64,000 nt of DNA from an uncultured Acidobacteriota bacterium (GCA_963777605.1 CAVZRV010000010.1:384001-448000); one strand, 5' to 3'. Positions 35,638 through 45,909 are shown, counted from the stretch's first letter. Translations and numbers: made by a program. Notes: generated from the letters alone by a model not told the origin.

Positions 35638-36357
35638 ATGCACACTTTTGAAGCGACCCAAACTGTCGGTGAAGTAGTAGCCCATCATCCCAACTTGTCT
35701 CGGGTCTTCGAAAACGCCGGGATCGACTACTGTTGCGGCGGCAAGAGGACCATTGCCGATGCCTGCAGCCGCAAGGGGCTCGCTACTGAACATATCCTGG
35801 CCTTGCTTTCCGAATCAGAGTCAGCACAGGCTGACAAAGAGCGCGCTACTCCACCTTCTCAAATGTCGTTGACCGAACTGGCCGACCACATCGAGCAGAC
35901 CCATCATGCGTACCTGCGCTCCGAACTTCCCCGCCTCGACAAGCTGACAAACAAGGTCGCCAAGGTCCACGGCGACCGGGACCCGCGCCTGCAGGAGCTG
36001 CGCGATAACTTCCTGGGTCTGGCCGATGAGCTTTCGTCGCACATGGTGAAAGAAGAACAGATCCTCTTTCCCATGATTCGACAACTCGAGGCCAGTAAGA
36101 CGGCCGTTCGTTTCCACTGCGGATCGCTGGCCAATCCAATCGGGCAGATGGAACATGAGCATGACGGAGCCGCGTCGGCACTTGACCGCCAGCGTACCCT
36201 CACCGACGACTACCAGCCGCCCGAGTGGGCCTGCAATACCTACCGTGCAATGGTTGATGCGCTGGCTCAGCTGGAAAGGGACCTCCACAGCCACATTCAC
36301 AAGGAGAACAACGTGCTGTTTCCCAGGGCATTGAAGATGGAAGCAGGCAAGAGGTGA
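35638..36357 (+). CDS. ric: Iron-sulfur cluster repair di-iron protein
   Basis: GIDYCCGG, HHAYLR, HMVKEEQILFP, HIHKENNVLFP. Confidence 0.95.
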   Translation: MHTFEATQTVGEVVAHHPNLSRVFENAGIDYCCGGKRTIADACSRKGLATEHILALLSESESAQADKERATPPSQMSLTELADHIEQTHHAYLRSELPRLDKLTNKVAKVHGDRDPRLQELRDNFLGLADELSSHMVKEEQILFPMIRQLEASKTAVRFHCGSLANPIGQMEHEHDGAASALDRQRTLTDDYQPPEWACNTYRAMVDALAQLERDLHSHIHKENNVLFPRALKMEAGKR

Positions 36358-36371
36358 GGATGACCGCCAAA

Positions 36372-36645
36372 CGGTGACACGCACGAATTAGAATCGTAAC
36401 CACCTACGCACAAAGCGTTTTCTATCAGGTCTGGCACCAAATTTGGGTATCGGACGTGCCGACTCGTCCGAATCAGCCACGGAAGGTCGACCGGAGCCGC
36501 GGCCTGACTGCATCCCGCTACGTCGTTGTGGGAATTCGCCGGGACGGCCTCGGCCCCAACCACTCGAGACCAGAATTAAGTACCAGACCGGGAAGAAAAT
36601 CGTTATCGGACGGCACTTTGCAACTCAAATCGGTGCGTGTCACCG
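36372..36645. mobile_element. Putative non-autonomous element with 13-bp terminal inverted repeats
   Basis: CGGTGACACGCAC (36372-36384) and GTGCGTGTCACCG (36633-36645). Confidence 0.5.
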
Positions 36646-36687
36646 ATTTGCGAGACAACCAAGGGTGGTTATCTTACTATAGTTCGA

Positions 36688-38847
36688 ATGAGATTTAGAG
36701 CTACCGCCCTTTTCCTGCTCAGTACCGTCCTGGCAGTCCCGCTCCTGAGCGCAGCTGATACGCCCCTCTGGCAGGCGGGGATCAGTTTAATTCCCTACCC
36801 CCAGGAGGTCACGCTCGGCGGGGAACCCTTCGTGATCGGGGGCCCGGTATCGATTCTCCTGGACGCCGATGCTTCCGGGGCGGACCAGTTTGCCGCGCAG
36901 GACCTGGCCGAGCGGATCACTTCCGAGTGGGGCGTGCCGGCGCAGGTGGGAGCCGGCGCGGGGAGGACGATTGTCCTGACCCGCAAGGATGCTCCCGAAA
37001 AGGTTGGAGACCAGGGCTACACGCTTACCGTGGCCCCCGAGGGTGTGAAGGTCGCGGCCGATGGACAGGAGGGCCTCTTCAACGCGACGCGAACCATTCT
37101 TCAACTTCCGGTCCGGGACAGTGACGGGCTCCACATTCCCGGCTTGAAGCTGATGGACTGGCCGGACATTCGCTACCGGGCGGCCCACTACGACACCAAG
37201 CACCATCAGGACAAGGCCGAATACGTGCGGGCCTTTATCCGCGACCTGGCCGACTACAAGATCAACATGCTGATCTGGGAGTGGGAGGACAAGTTCGCCT
37301 ACCCGAGCCACCCGGAGATCGGGGCTCCGGGCGCATTCACCATGGCCGAGATGCAGGAGTTCACCCGTTACGCACGGAAGTATCACGTTCAACTCGTCCC
37401 CCTGGTCCAGGGACTCGGACACGTCAGCTTCATCCTGAAGTGGCCGCAGTTCCAGCACCTGCGCGAAATTGCAGCCTCGAACTGGGAGTTCTGTCCTCTC
37501 AAGGACGGTTCGTACGAACTGCTTTTCGACCTCTGGAAAGACGCAATCGAGGCGACTCCCGGATCCGAGTTCATTCACATGGGAACCGATGAAACCTACG
37601 AACTCGGACAGGGGGTTGAGTGCGGCTGCCGGGCGCGGGCGGCAGAGATCGGGCGTCGGGGCCTGATGCTGGAGTTCGTCAACCGAAGTGCCGAGTTCCT
37701 GCAAGGAAAGATGGGCCGCCGGGTCATGACGTGGGGTGGAGAATACATCCCGGGAGCGCCGATTGAACCGGCAAAAGGTTTGATTTACGCCGAGTTTACG
37801 AGCGACCTCGATGAAGCACGGATATCCAGGGACGCCGGTTACCCGGCCTGGGTCTACGATCCAAACCCGGGCATTGAACACCTCTTCCTTCCCTACGCTT
37901 ACCGGATTCGAGGCGGGAACAAGGTCAGCGGCTGCCTGGAAAACTCCTACGAGCAGGTCGCGGCGGCGGCCCGGAGCGGGTTGTACGAGGGCATGGTCAA
38001 CACCTCCTGGGACGACTCGGGGCTGCACAACCAGGTCTGGATGATGAGCTGGGTCAACTCGGCCGAGTACGCCTGGAGTGGAGGGAATCCCTCGCCGGGC
38101 GAGTTCTTTGAGAAGTACTTTGTGAGCTATTACGGAACCCAGGTTCGCGACATGGCGGAACTCTGGCAGATTCTCAATGACGGGGCCTACTTTTACATGG
38201 ACAGCTTCGAGCGAAAGGTCTGGCACTGGGGCGAGATCGGAAAGACCGAATTGCCCGACCTGCCCCGGGGAGACGCAATCGAGTACGATCCGTTCTGGAA
38301 TACCCGCTACCGGGAGATGGTCGATCGATCGCGCGGCATTCCTGCCCTGATGGCCCGCGGCCACGTGATCTGCCGGCTCAACCAGATGGCCGGCGTCAAA
38401 CACGCCTACGATTTCGAGATCTTTGACACTCTCCTCGACCTCATCGACCATACTGCCGGGACCTACCGGGCGCTTTCCCGTCTGGAGCAGGCAGTGGGCC
38501 GGGCGCACAAGGCCCGCTTCGTCAGCCACCAGCAGGCCCTGGACGCTCTCGATGACGCCGCCCGAATCGTCGGAGGAAGCCTGGCCGATCGATCACAGGT
38601 ATTCGACAACCTGGTTGCAGTCTGGGAAAAGACCCGGCTACCAAAGGGGATGTCGACCCCGGTAAAAAGCTACTTCTGGCAGCAGGACAGGGCCCGTCAC
38701 TTCGCGTTTCGCAGGCCCGATATGAGCTACCTGATCTGGGATGAACAGCTGCTGGACCTGGAGGGCTACCTGCAGAAACTCCGCCACTACACCCGCTGGT
38801 ACCGGGAACATTTCGCAGCGGAATTGGAGGCTGACTCAGGACGCTAG
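36688..38847 (+). CDS. GH20-family beta-N-acetylhexosaminidase-like protein, exported
   Basis: LIPYPQEV, DWPDIRYR, HMGTDE catalytic motif; signal peptide. Confidence 0.85.
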   Translation: MRFRATALFLLSTVLAVPLLSAADTPLWQAGISLIPYPQEVTLGGEPFVIGGPVSILLDADASGADQFAAQDLAERITSEWGVPAQVGAGAGRTIVLTRKDAPEKVGDQGYTLTVAPEGVKVAADGQEGLFNATRTILQLPVRDSDGLHIPGLKLMDWPDIRYRAAHYDTKHHQDKAEYVRAFIRDLADYKINMLIWEWEDKFAYPSHPEIGAPGAFTMAEMQEFTRYARKYHVQLVPLVQGLGHVSFILKWPQFQHLREIAASNWEFCPLKDGSYELLFDLWKDAIEATPGSEFIHMGTDETYELGQGVECGCRARAAEIGRRGLMLEFVNRSAEFLQGKMGRRVMTWGGEYIPGAPIEPAKGLIYAEFTSDLDEARISRDAGYPAWVYDPNPGIEHLFLPYAYRIRGGNKVSGCLENSYEQVAAAARSGLYEGMVNTSWDDSGLHNQVWMMSWVNSAEYAWSGGNPSPGEFFEKYFVSYYGTQVRDMAELWQILNDGAYFYMDSFERKVWHWGEIGKTELPDLPRGDAIEYDPFWNTRYREMVDRSRGIPALMARGHVICRLNQMAGVKHAYDFEIFDTLLDLIDHTAGTYRALSRLEQAVGRAHKARFVSHQQALDALDDAARIVGGSLADRSQVFDNLVAVWEKTRLPKGMSTPVKSYFWQQDRARHFAFRRPDMSYLIWDEQLLDLEGYLQKLRHYTRWYREHFAAELEADSGR

Positions 38848-38901
38848 TGTCCTGAGACGTATGTGGGGCTCTGAAAGTGTCACCGGATGCGTGACAGAGC
38901 A

Positions 38902-41427
38902 CTAGGGATCGATATCCAGCCGGCGTCTCACCTCGCGGGTCTTACGGTTGAACTCCGATTCGAACACAGAGTAGTAGGCGAATACTTCGTAGAAGAGCCG
39001 CGCCGTGTCCCGATCGACAACGTGGAACCGGTTCTGGAGTTCCTCTTCGCTGGGGAACGTGATCTGGCGCCCGACGTGAAAATCAGCCAGAGTCAGCGGC
39101 AGGGAACTGTTCAGCCCGAGAACCCGCTTCAGGGTCAGAACGCCCTTCAGCAGGTCGAGGGGAGTCACCCGGATCCCACCGCCGCTCTCGGATAGAAGAA
39201 TCGACCAGTCCACGAAGTTGCCCTGGGCGTCGGTCCGGTTGGCACCCGCAAGTTGCCGCGCGTAACTCCCGCTGGCCACAGGAACCGTCGACAAACTGGC
39301 CGTCGGCCGAACGAAGGGGTGCTCCTCCGTCCCCTCAGCCTCTGCCTTGAAGCTCAGCAGCAGGCCGTCGTTTGGCGAGATCGTCGCCATGTCCTTGCTG
39401 ATGTAGTGGACCTCGAAGTCGTTGCTGACACCCTCATCCCGGCTGTCTTCGAAAAAGATGATGTGGTCGGTCCGCACGTTCGCTGCATAACCGGTCCTGT
39501 CAATGATCTCCCAAAGCATTCGGCGGACCAGCACCTCCTCTCCAGGGACGTCGCCGCGGTACAACGCAGCGATGTTCTCATCGTGGCGGAGTTCCGGCTG
39601 GGCTTTCACCCGGGCTCTCACCGTCTCGACGAGGTTCTGGTAAACGGAACTTTCGTGGACGAACTTGAGATCGAAGACGTCTTCTCCCCGGAGGCGATAG
39701 GAGTTTCGAAACAGCTGATAACCAAAACTGTCGAACATCCCGGAATCTTTCGGGATCACGTAGCTGAAGGTTCGATCCCGCAGAGGAACAACGTGGGGAG
39801 TCAGCACGACGATAACCTCGCGCTTGAAATTGCGCGTGACGGTTCGGCGGAACAGAACTCCCAGCGCGGGAATATCGGACAGATAGGGAATTCCGCTGAC
39901 TTCCTTGCGGCGCTCCGTCGAAATCAACCCGCCAATGATGAACGGAGAATTGTCCGAGACTCTCACAAACGACTGGACCTGCCGATTGTCCACGACCGGC
40001 GCGAGAAACACGCCCACACCTGCGGCGGTCTCGGAACTCTCCAACTGGTTGACGGCGCTGACGATGGTCTCTGCCTGCATGGTTATTTCACTGCCGTCTT
40101 CACTGACCCGGGGCCGCAGGTTCAATACGATTCCAACCGGGAAGTAATCCACCGAAGAAATGATTCCCGCCTGGGTCGAGGTCGACTTGACCACCGGAAC
40201 CTGTTGGCCGATCTGGATTCGAGCCTGTCTCCCGTCAAGAACGAGCACCGACGGCTTGGAAAGAATCTCTGCTTCGCCGTTGTCGACCAGGGCATTCAGC
40301 GTCATGCTGAAAGCGCCGGCGGCATTCTGATCCGAATCGAAAGTGAAAGTGAAGGGACCCGGCAAACCCGTGTCGGCATCGATCTGGCCGAAATCACCGG
40401 ACACCGAGTTGGAGACTCCCTTGAAAGAGATCCCCAGATCCTTCAACCGGTCGGAATTCAGCTCGATCACCAATGCTTCAATCACGATCTGGCGTGCCGG
40501 GACATCGATCTGGTCCCGAAGCAGATTGAGCAAGTTCTGCAGGGAACCCGTGTCGGTCTTCTCGTAAACCAGCAGAAGTCGCTGCTGAGGTTCCCCTGAG
40601 GTTGAACCGTGCAGGTAAGTTCCCCCGATGTCCGGGACCGCCGAACTGGACGATCCGGGGAAGCCCGAGATGCCGGATTTGCGCTGTTCGGCCAGGGCCG
40701 CCACCAACTCCTTCGACAGCGGAGGAGGGTCGAGCAGGCTCGTCTTGGCCGAGTCGGGGATCTTCACCACGATCGGCAGGGTCCCGGTTCCCTGCTGAAT
40801 TGGAGTGTAGATCTTGTCACTCATAATCTCGGCTTCCTCGTCTCCATATTCGACCGTGGTGTAGCCGAGGACTTTCAGGAGTGCGAGTGCACGATCGGCC
40901 TGGATGTAGCTGAGATGATAGGACTCGTAGGCAAGGTCCTTCATGCCGGGACTTCCCACACTCACTTCCAGAGAATGGGCGAATTCGCTCAGAAGCTGAA
41001 AGGCGGCCCCGACATCCGGGTTGGGTCCCCGCGCGCCGTCCCGGACAGTTTCGCCGAAGACCAGGATCTCGAAACCTCCCTCGGGATAAGGCATGGCCGC
41101 CAGTTCAATGGAAGCAACCGAGCCGTCCGGGTTGGAACGGGTGAAACCGTGAAATGCAACCACGCCCTCGAGGCTGGCGGCACGCCACCTTCGCCCGGTG
41201 TCGTTACTGCTCTCGTAGCCCATCAGAAGCTGCAGCTTGACGGAGACATTTCCCAGCAGCGCCTCGGTCTCCGGTAGAGATCCGAAGGGAGAGCGCAAGA
41301 AATGGGCGGTTTCCTCCGAACCTGTCACTGGGGCCGACTTGCCCCCTTCTGCCTGCTGGCCCAACTCGAAGGACACCAGCGTCAAAGCAAGAATGAGAAC
41401 TGCGAGCGGGTACCTTGCCCGTTTCAT
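38902..41427 (-). CDS. Secretin (type II/III secretion GspD/PilQ family) with long C-terminal extension
   Basis: IDVPARQIVIEALVIE, ILSKPSVLVLDGRQARIQIG, VGIVLNLRP, GIPYLSDIPALGVLFR, EVIVVLTPHVV; AGGAG RBS before ATG at 41427. Confidence 0.88.
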   Translation of the reverse strand: MKRARYPLAVLILALTLVSFELGQQAEGGKSAPVTGSEETAHFLRSPFGSLPETEALLGNVSVKLQLLMGYESSNDTGRRWRAASLEGVVAFHGFTRSNPDGSVASIELAAMPYPEGGFEILVFGETVRDGARGPNPDVGAAFQLLSEFAHSLEVSVGSPGMKDLAYESYHLSYIQADRALALLKVLGYTTVEYGDEEAEIMSDKIYTPIQQGTGTLPIVVKIPDSAKTSLLDPPPLSKELVAALAEQRKSGISGFPGSSSSAVPDIGGTYLHGSTSGEPQQRLLLVYEKTDTGSLQNLLNLLRDQIDVPARQIVIEALVIELNSDRLKDLGISFKGVSNSVSGDFGQIDADTGLPGPFTFTFDSDQNAAGAFSMTLNALVDNGEAEILSKPSVLVLDGRQARIQIGQQVPVVKSTSTQAGIISSVDYFPVGIVLNLRPRVSEDGSEITMQAETIVSAVNQLESSETAAGVGVFLAPVVDNRQVQSFVRVSDNSPFIIGGLISTERRKEVSGIPYLSDIPALGVLFRRTVTRNFKREVIVVLTPHVVPLRDRTFSYVIPKDSGMFDSFGYQLFRNSYRLRGEDVFDLKFVHESSVYQNLVETVRARVKAQPELRHDENIAALYRGDVPGEEVLVRRMLWEIIDRTGYAANVRTDHIIFFEDSRDEGVSNDFEVHYISKDMATISPNDGLLLSFKAEAEGTEEHPFVRPTASLSTVPVASGSYARQLAGANRTDAQGNFVDWSILLSESGGGIRVTPLDLLKGVLTLKRVLGLNSSLPLTLADFHVGRQITFPSEEELQNRFHVVDRDTARLFYEVFAYYSVFESEFNRKTREVRRRLDIDP

Positions 41428-41486
41428 GAAGCACACTCCTTGTCGCCACCCTTATACGGAGAGCCTCTGACGCACTGGACGGGAGG

Positions 41487-44400
41487 TCAGTTCTCCGCCG
41501 ATCTGAGAAGTCCGATGGTGTTGCGGAGGCGCTCATTCAGAGTCGTGATCACGGCTCTTGCTACCGCGACATGCTGGTTCAGGAGGTCATTGAAGTCGCG
41601 CCGGTTGACCGTCAGGAGCAGACAGTCTGTCAGTGCGGTAGCCGACGCCGACCGGGGTTCCCCGTCGAGAATCGCCATCTCCCCGAAGTGGTCCTCTGAC
41701 TTGAGGACTCCCAGTCGCTTATCTCCGCTGTGGATCAGGACTTCACCGTCCACCACCAGATAGAGAGTTTCACCGAGTTCGCCCTCGACCAGGATCTGCG
41801 AGCCAGCCGGGAAAACGGCTTCTTCGGTAATCCGGGCCAGCGCACTGAGTTCGGCGGCGGACATTTGAGAAAACAAAGGCACATGCCGAAGGAAGAGCAC
41901 TCGTTCAACCGTGATCATGGGGCATTCTTCTCCATCGTCTCCCCCCAGCGTGCGGGCAAAACGTCGCACCGAGGGGTCCGGATCGTCAACCAGAACAACG
42001 TTTCCGGAATTTTCATCCAGGCGGCAGAGGGCATCCAGGGCAGTCTCCCGGCAGAGCGGCACGTCGTGACCGAGCAACGGCCTGATTGAACCGACGAGAT
42101 CCCGTCTCTCGTTCCGCCCGGCTGCGAAGACCGCCCCTGCCAGTATGGAGGGGACGACCTCGCTTTCGAGCAACTTCGAGAATGGATCGCTTACCGGGCC
42201 CGCCGCGGCGCGTTTGGGGTCGAGAACTCGGAGGACTCTGGTGCGAAGATTCAGTGGCAACAGACTCTCCAGGACGTCCAGAGCCTTTGCTCGGTCCTCC
42301 GGCCTTCCTCTAGTCACTTTCAGCCGAAAAACATCCATGTCGACACCAGGCACCAGAATTTCAAGAAAGAGGAAGAGGTTTCGAACGTGTGCCGCGATCT
42401 CCGCGTCCAGCGCGCCCTGAAGGAAATCCGTTCCCGCAAGCCCGTCGAGAGCACGGAGGGTCATCCGCCTCTCCCCAAGCAGCCGTAGCTGCCCGTCGAC
42501 CATCCGGTTCACCTCGGCCGTTTCACCCGCGCTCGGGCGCCGATGCTGCAGAAGACGCCGGAAACAGTCGGCAAATGCCCAGGAGATGTAGGTTCTGCCG
42601 GAAAGCCGGCGGAGGCTCGACAAAGCCCGGTCACCTCCAATGCGCGAGAGGACGAGGTACAGGAGCGGCCCGCGGTCGAACGCACGCTTCAACCCGTCCT
42701 CGTCCAGCGATTCCAGATAAGAGAGTGTCCCCCCAGCCGCATTCACCAAGGCATCGACCGCGAGCCCACTCAATCCAGGATCCGACAGCTGCCCGGCCAG
42801 GGTCGGGACCAACCCTTCATCCGGCCTTTCGACGCACGCCTCGAGCGCGGCTCGTCGCACCTTGATCTCGGGATCGGTCAGGAGCTTCCGCATGAGGTTC
42901 TGGCGCCCCGGCAGATGCACTCGCGCCAGAGGACGCGCGGTTGCCCTGCGGTCTCGAGGTTCCGTGGAATCAATCAGGTTTTTCAGAGTCTGAACTCCCA
43001 GCATCAATCCGTTCAGGTCGGCCAACTGGATCAGGGCTACCGCCGCTTCAGCCCGGACCTCCGGTTCCGGGTCGTCAAGGGCCAGGGCCAGGGCCTCGGA
43101 GACCGACTGCCCGCCCAGCACCGATGCGGTCGTCACAACCGCCCGGCGTACCATCGGCTCGGGATGCTCGCGCTGGGCCAGAACCAGGTCGAGGTCGGCC
43201 GCCTCACTGGTCTCCCGTAACCGCTCTAACGCGACTACTTTCACGTCCGGTTCGTCTCGCTGAAGGAGCAACCTCATCTCCGGATTCAGGTCGAGGTCGC
43301 GAAACTCCCCAAGGACGGTCAGCAGGTAGGGCAGGTCCTCGGGCGGAGCCGTCAAGAGCCTTTCCCGAACGTAGTGCTCGACGGTGCGATCGGGCTGGCC
43401 CTCGGGCCGTTCCCCCGGGTAAATGAGCTTGGCTCGCAACCCCTCAACGAGTGCGTTGAGATACGTCCGATAGTTCGTCCTCGCCAGGAAGATCCAGACC
43501 AGCGCAGCAGCCGCCGCCGCCAGTGCCAGCCCCTGGAATCCAACCCGGCTCGAGCCGAAGAAGAGCAGGAATCCGGTCAGCCCCATGGCAACCGGCTTAC
43601 AGATGCCGTCCACGAATGCCCGGGCCTGGCTGTAGGACTGCTTGCGCACCCCGAGATAGAGGACGTGCAGAGCGGCCGTATCAACGGTGAAAACCATGAT
43701 CTGAACGGCGAAGCGGGAGGCTACAACGCCGCTGAACTCGGGGCCGAACACGGTCAACGAAGACGTCAGAAGGAGCGCTGCCGGAAGAAGGCATAGTGAA
43801 AGCAGGAGCCCACCTTTCCGCAACAGCCAGCTCACCGCCAGGAGTTGAATCAGCAAGACCACGACATTCGCAGCTGCGTAGAAGTTTCCGAAGAAGCCGG
43901 GCAACTCGGCGGCGGAAAAGGTGCTTTGGGCGGCCGCTTTGAACTGAAAATCGACCAGCGTCACTGTCACCGTCGCCACACCGACCATCGCCGCGAGGCC
44001 TCGAATGTTCTCGTTGAGGAGCAGCCGAAGCCGGTAGCGAACGCCGGGACGTGATCCTGAACTCGGGGGACGCTCCCGCCGCTGCGGAGACCGTTCCCGT
44101 GATCCACTGGCCAGCAACTGCACGACCAGAGCGAACGCGGCAAGAAGGATGGCCACCACGACCAGGAGGTTCTCGACTCCCAGTGACCGGTTGAACGGTC
44201 CGACCGCAAGCGCAGCCGCCATGCACGCAGCCGTGCCTGCGGCGCCGACGAAACCAATGTACTGTTTCGCCTCGCGAGAGTCGAACAACTGGGCAAAGAA
44301 GCTCCAAAACAGGAGCATCGTCCCGTTAACGGTCAGGTCGGCCAGCAGATAAGCCGCCAGTTTCGCGGCCCGAATCTCGGCACCCAGCGCCACCCGGACG

Positions 44401-44687
44401 CCTACCACCAAAACGACGAGAAAGAGGGACGATGCGGCGATCAGGCGATGAACCGGGATTCGCCCCGAGAGGAGTCCAAACAGGCTCGCAAGCAGGCTGA
44501 CGATTACCGCCGTTGCAAGGTAGAGAGAGGCCAGCGTCTCCCTGCTGTAGGCGCTCAGAAACAACGTGTCGCCGCCGATTCGGATCAGCAGGTTGGCGAC
44601 TGCGACGCAAATGAACCCGACGGCGGCACCCAGGATTCGCACCCGGTCCCGGGGTTCAATCGTCGAGAATCGGCTGAAAGTCTTCAT
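41487..44687 (-). CDS. NTT/TLC-like MFS membrane domain + HEAT repeats + cNMP-binding domain
   Basis: About 12 TM with FDSREAK and LVDFQFK motifs, DPEPEVRAEA-type HEAT repeats, FGEMAILDGEPRSASA cNMP motif. Confidence 0.85.
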   Translation of the reverse strand: MKTFSRFSTIEPRDRVRILGAAVGFICVAVANLLIRIGGDTLFLSAYSRETLASLYLATAVIVSLLASLFGLLSGRIPVHRLIAASSLFLVVLVVGVRVALGAEIRAAKLAAYLLADLTVNGTMLLFWSFFAQLFDSREAKQYIGFVGAAGTAACMAAALAVGPFNRSLGVENLLVVVAILLAAFALVVQLLASGSRERSPQRRERPPSSGSRPGVRYRLRLLLNENIRGLAAMVGVATVTVTLVDFQFKAAAQSTFSAAELPGFFGNFYAAANVVVLLIQLLAVSWLLRKGGLLLSLCLLPAALLLTSSLTVFGPEFSGVVASRFAVQIMVFTVDTAALHVLYLGVRKQSYSQARAFVDGICKPVAMGLTGFLLFFGSSRVGFQGLALAAAAAALVWIFLARTNYRTYLNALVEGLRAKLIYPGERPEGQPDRTVEHYVRERLLTAPPEDLPYLLTVLGEFRDLDLNPEMRLLLQRDEPDVKVVALERLRETSEAADLDLVLAQREHPEPMVRRAVVTTASVLGGQSVSEALALALDDPEPEVRAEAAVALIQLADLNGLMLGVQTLKNLIDSTEPRDRRATARPLARVHLPGRQNLMRKLLTDPEIKVRRAALEACVERPDEGLVPTLAGQLSDPGLSGLAVDALVNAAGGTLSYLESLDEDGLKRAFDRGPLLYLVLSRIGGDRALSSLRRLSGRTYISWAFADCFRRLLQHRRPSAGETAEVNRMVDGQLRLLGERRMTLRALDGLAGTDFLQGALDAEIAAHVRNLFLFLEILVPGVDMDVFRLKVTRGRPEDRAKALDVLESLLPLNLRTRVLRVLDPKRAAAGPVSDPFSKLLESEVVPSILAGAVFAAGRNERRDLVGSIRPLLGHDVPLCRETALDALCRLDENSGNVVLVDDPDPSVRRFARTLGGDDGEECPMITVERVLFLRHVPLFSQMSAAELSALARITEEAVFPAGSQILVEGELGETLYLVVDGEVLIHSGDKRLGVLKSEDHFGEMAILDGEPRSASATALTDCLLLTVNRRDFNDLLNQHVAVARAVITTLNERLRNTIGLLRSAEN

Positions 44688-44766
44688 CGTAGGTATCGAA
44701 TTCCCCCTATTCTGAAGGAGGACTCCCAGTTCGACAACGAGGAAGCTGAGAATCCGAAGCGGACCT

Positions 44767-44793
44767 GGCTGCCTCGGCTGCCTCGGCTGCCCC
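44767..44793. repeat. 9-bp tandem repeat x3
   Basis: ggctgcctc ggctgcctc ggctgcccc. Confidence 0.7.
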
Positions 44794-44977
44794 GTCTCAC
44801 CCGCTCAGGCAATCAGCCCGCCCGGCGTTGACACCCGGAGGAAAGCCTTCCACCATGGACTTTGGCGGCAGAGCAAACACTGCCGGGTCTCCCGGTAGCG
44901 AAACGACTTGCGGTGTCTGTCCGATCGGTTGGGTATAGTCTTTTTTTTTGCTTGCCTGCTTGAAATGGAGAAGACTG

Positions 44978-45652
44978 ATGGTTGCGCCGGGTTGCCTGTC
45001 CTTATTGATGATCGTCGGACTCTTCCTGCTTCCGTTCTTTTATGCGAACCTGATGGTGGCGGCCATGGCAAAGCTGGGAATGAGTCCGGCAGCGGCCATC
45101 TGGACGATCACTGGAGTCATCCTTGGCAGCCTCATCAACATCCCGGTCCGGAAGATCGAGCGGCATCAGGATGTGGACTACTCAAGGCTCCACATGTTCG
45201 GCTTGCAGCGACTGGTTCCCTCGGCAGGCCGCGCAAACCCTTACACGATCATCGCGATCAACGTCGGAGGTTTTGTCATCCCCATGCTGGTTTCCCTTTA
45301 CCAGATCGCCCGGATCACCCAGAAGGGTCCGGGGATGACGATCTCTCTGGTGGTGGTCAGCGCGATCAACATTCTCGTCTGCTATCGCCTGGCGCGACCC
45401 ACGCCCGGCGTTGGGATCACGATGCCGCCTTTAATTCCTCCCCTGATCGCCGCCACGGGAGCCCTGATCTTAGCCCCTGAGTTCGCACCTCCCCTGGCCT
45501 TCGCCGCCGGCGTCCTCGGTCCGGTGATCGGCGCCGACCTGATGCACATGAAAGACGTCGAACGACTTTCCACCGGGATTGCCAGCATCGGAGGGGCCGG
45601 GACTTTTGACGGGATCGTCCTGTCCGGCATAATCGCCGCTTTTCTCGCCTGA
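44978..45652 (+). CDS. DUF1614 membrane protein
   Basis: GSLINIPV, AINVGG, GADL, SIGGAGTFDGI motifs. Confidence 0.85.
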   Translation: MVAPGCLSLLMIVGLFLLPFFYANLMVAAMAKLGMSPAAAIWTITGVILGSLINIPVRKIERHQDVDYSRLHMFGLQRLVPSAGRANPYTIIAINVGGFVIPMLVSLYQIARITQKGPGMTISLVVVSAINILVCYRLARPTPGVGITMPPLIPPLIAATGALILAPEFAPPLAFAAGVLGPVIGADLMHMKDVERLSTGIASIGGAGTFDGIVLSGIIAAFLA

Positions 45653-45745
45653 GCCTCACGGCCCCCCCGTCGATTCAAAGGACCTCTGAGACCGATTCGA
45701 CCGGTTCGCGACCTGAAACTTCAACTGCTCGGTCCAAGCGTTGAG

Positions 45746-45909
45746 ACCTCGCATTCAGTACGAGAGTGAGCGAGCGCGACTGCGGACGTTCGCATGTCAC
45801 CGGAAGTGATGCCGGAGGCCGCAACCGTTCGGAGAGAGCCAAGATCCACGGCAGGCGGTAGATGAAGAACTGGAGACACGCTGGGTCCACTCGCGTACTG
45901 AATGCGGGT
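45746..45909. repeat. About 165-bp element with imperfect 35-bp inverted repeats
   Basis: cgcattcagtacg (45750-45762) and cgtactgaatgcg (45894-45906) form a perfect core that extends imperfectly. Confidence 0.65.

Noticed and set aside
44941-44949. Poly-T tract as a phase-variable switch for DUF1614
   Set aside because: A single T9 run in non-coding DNA; no evidence of variation is available from one sequence
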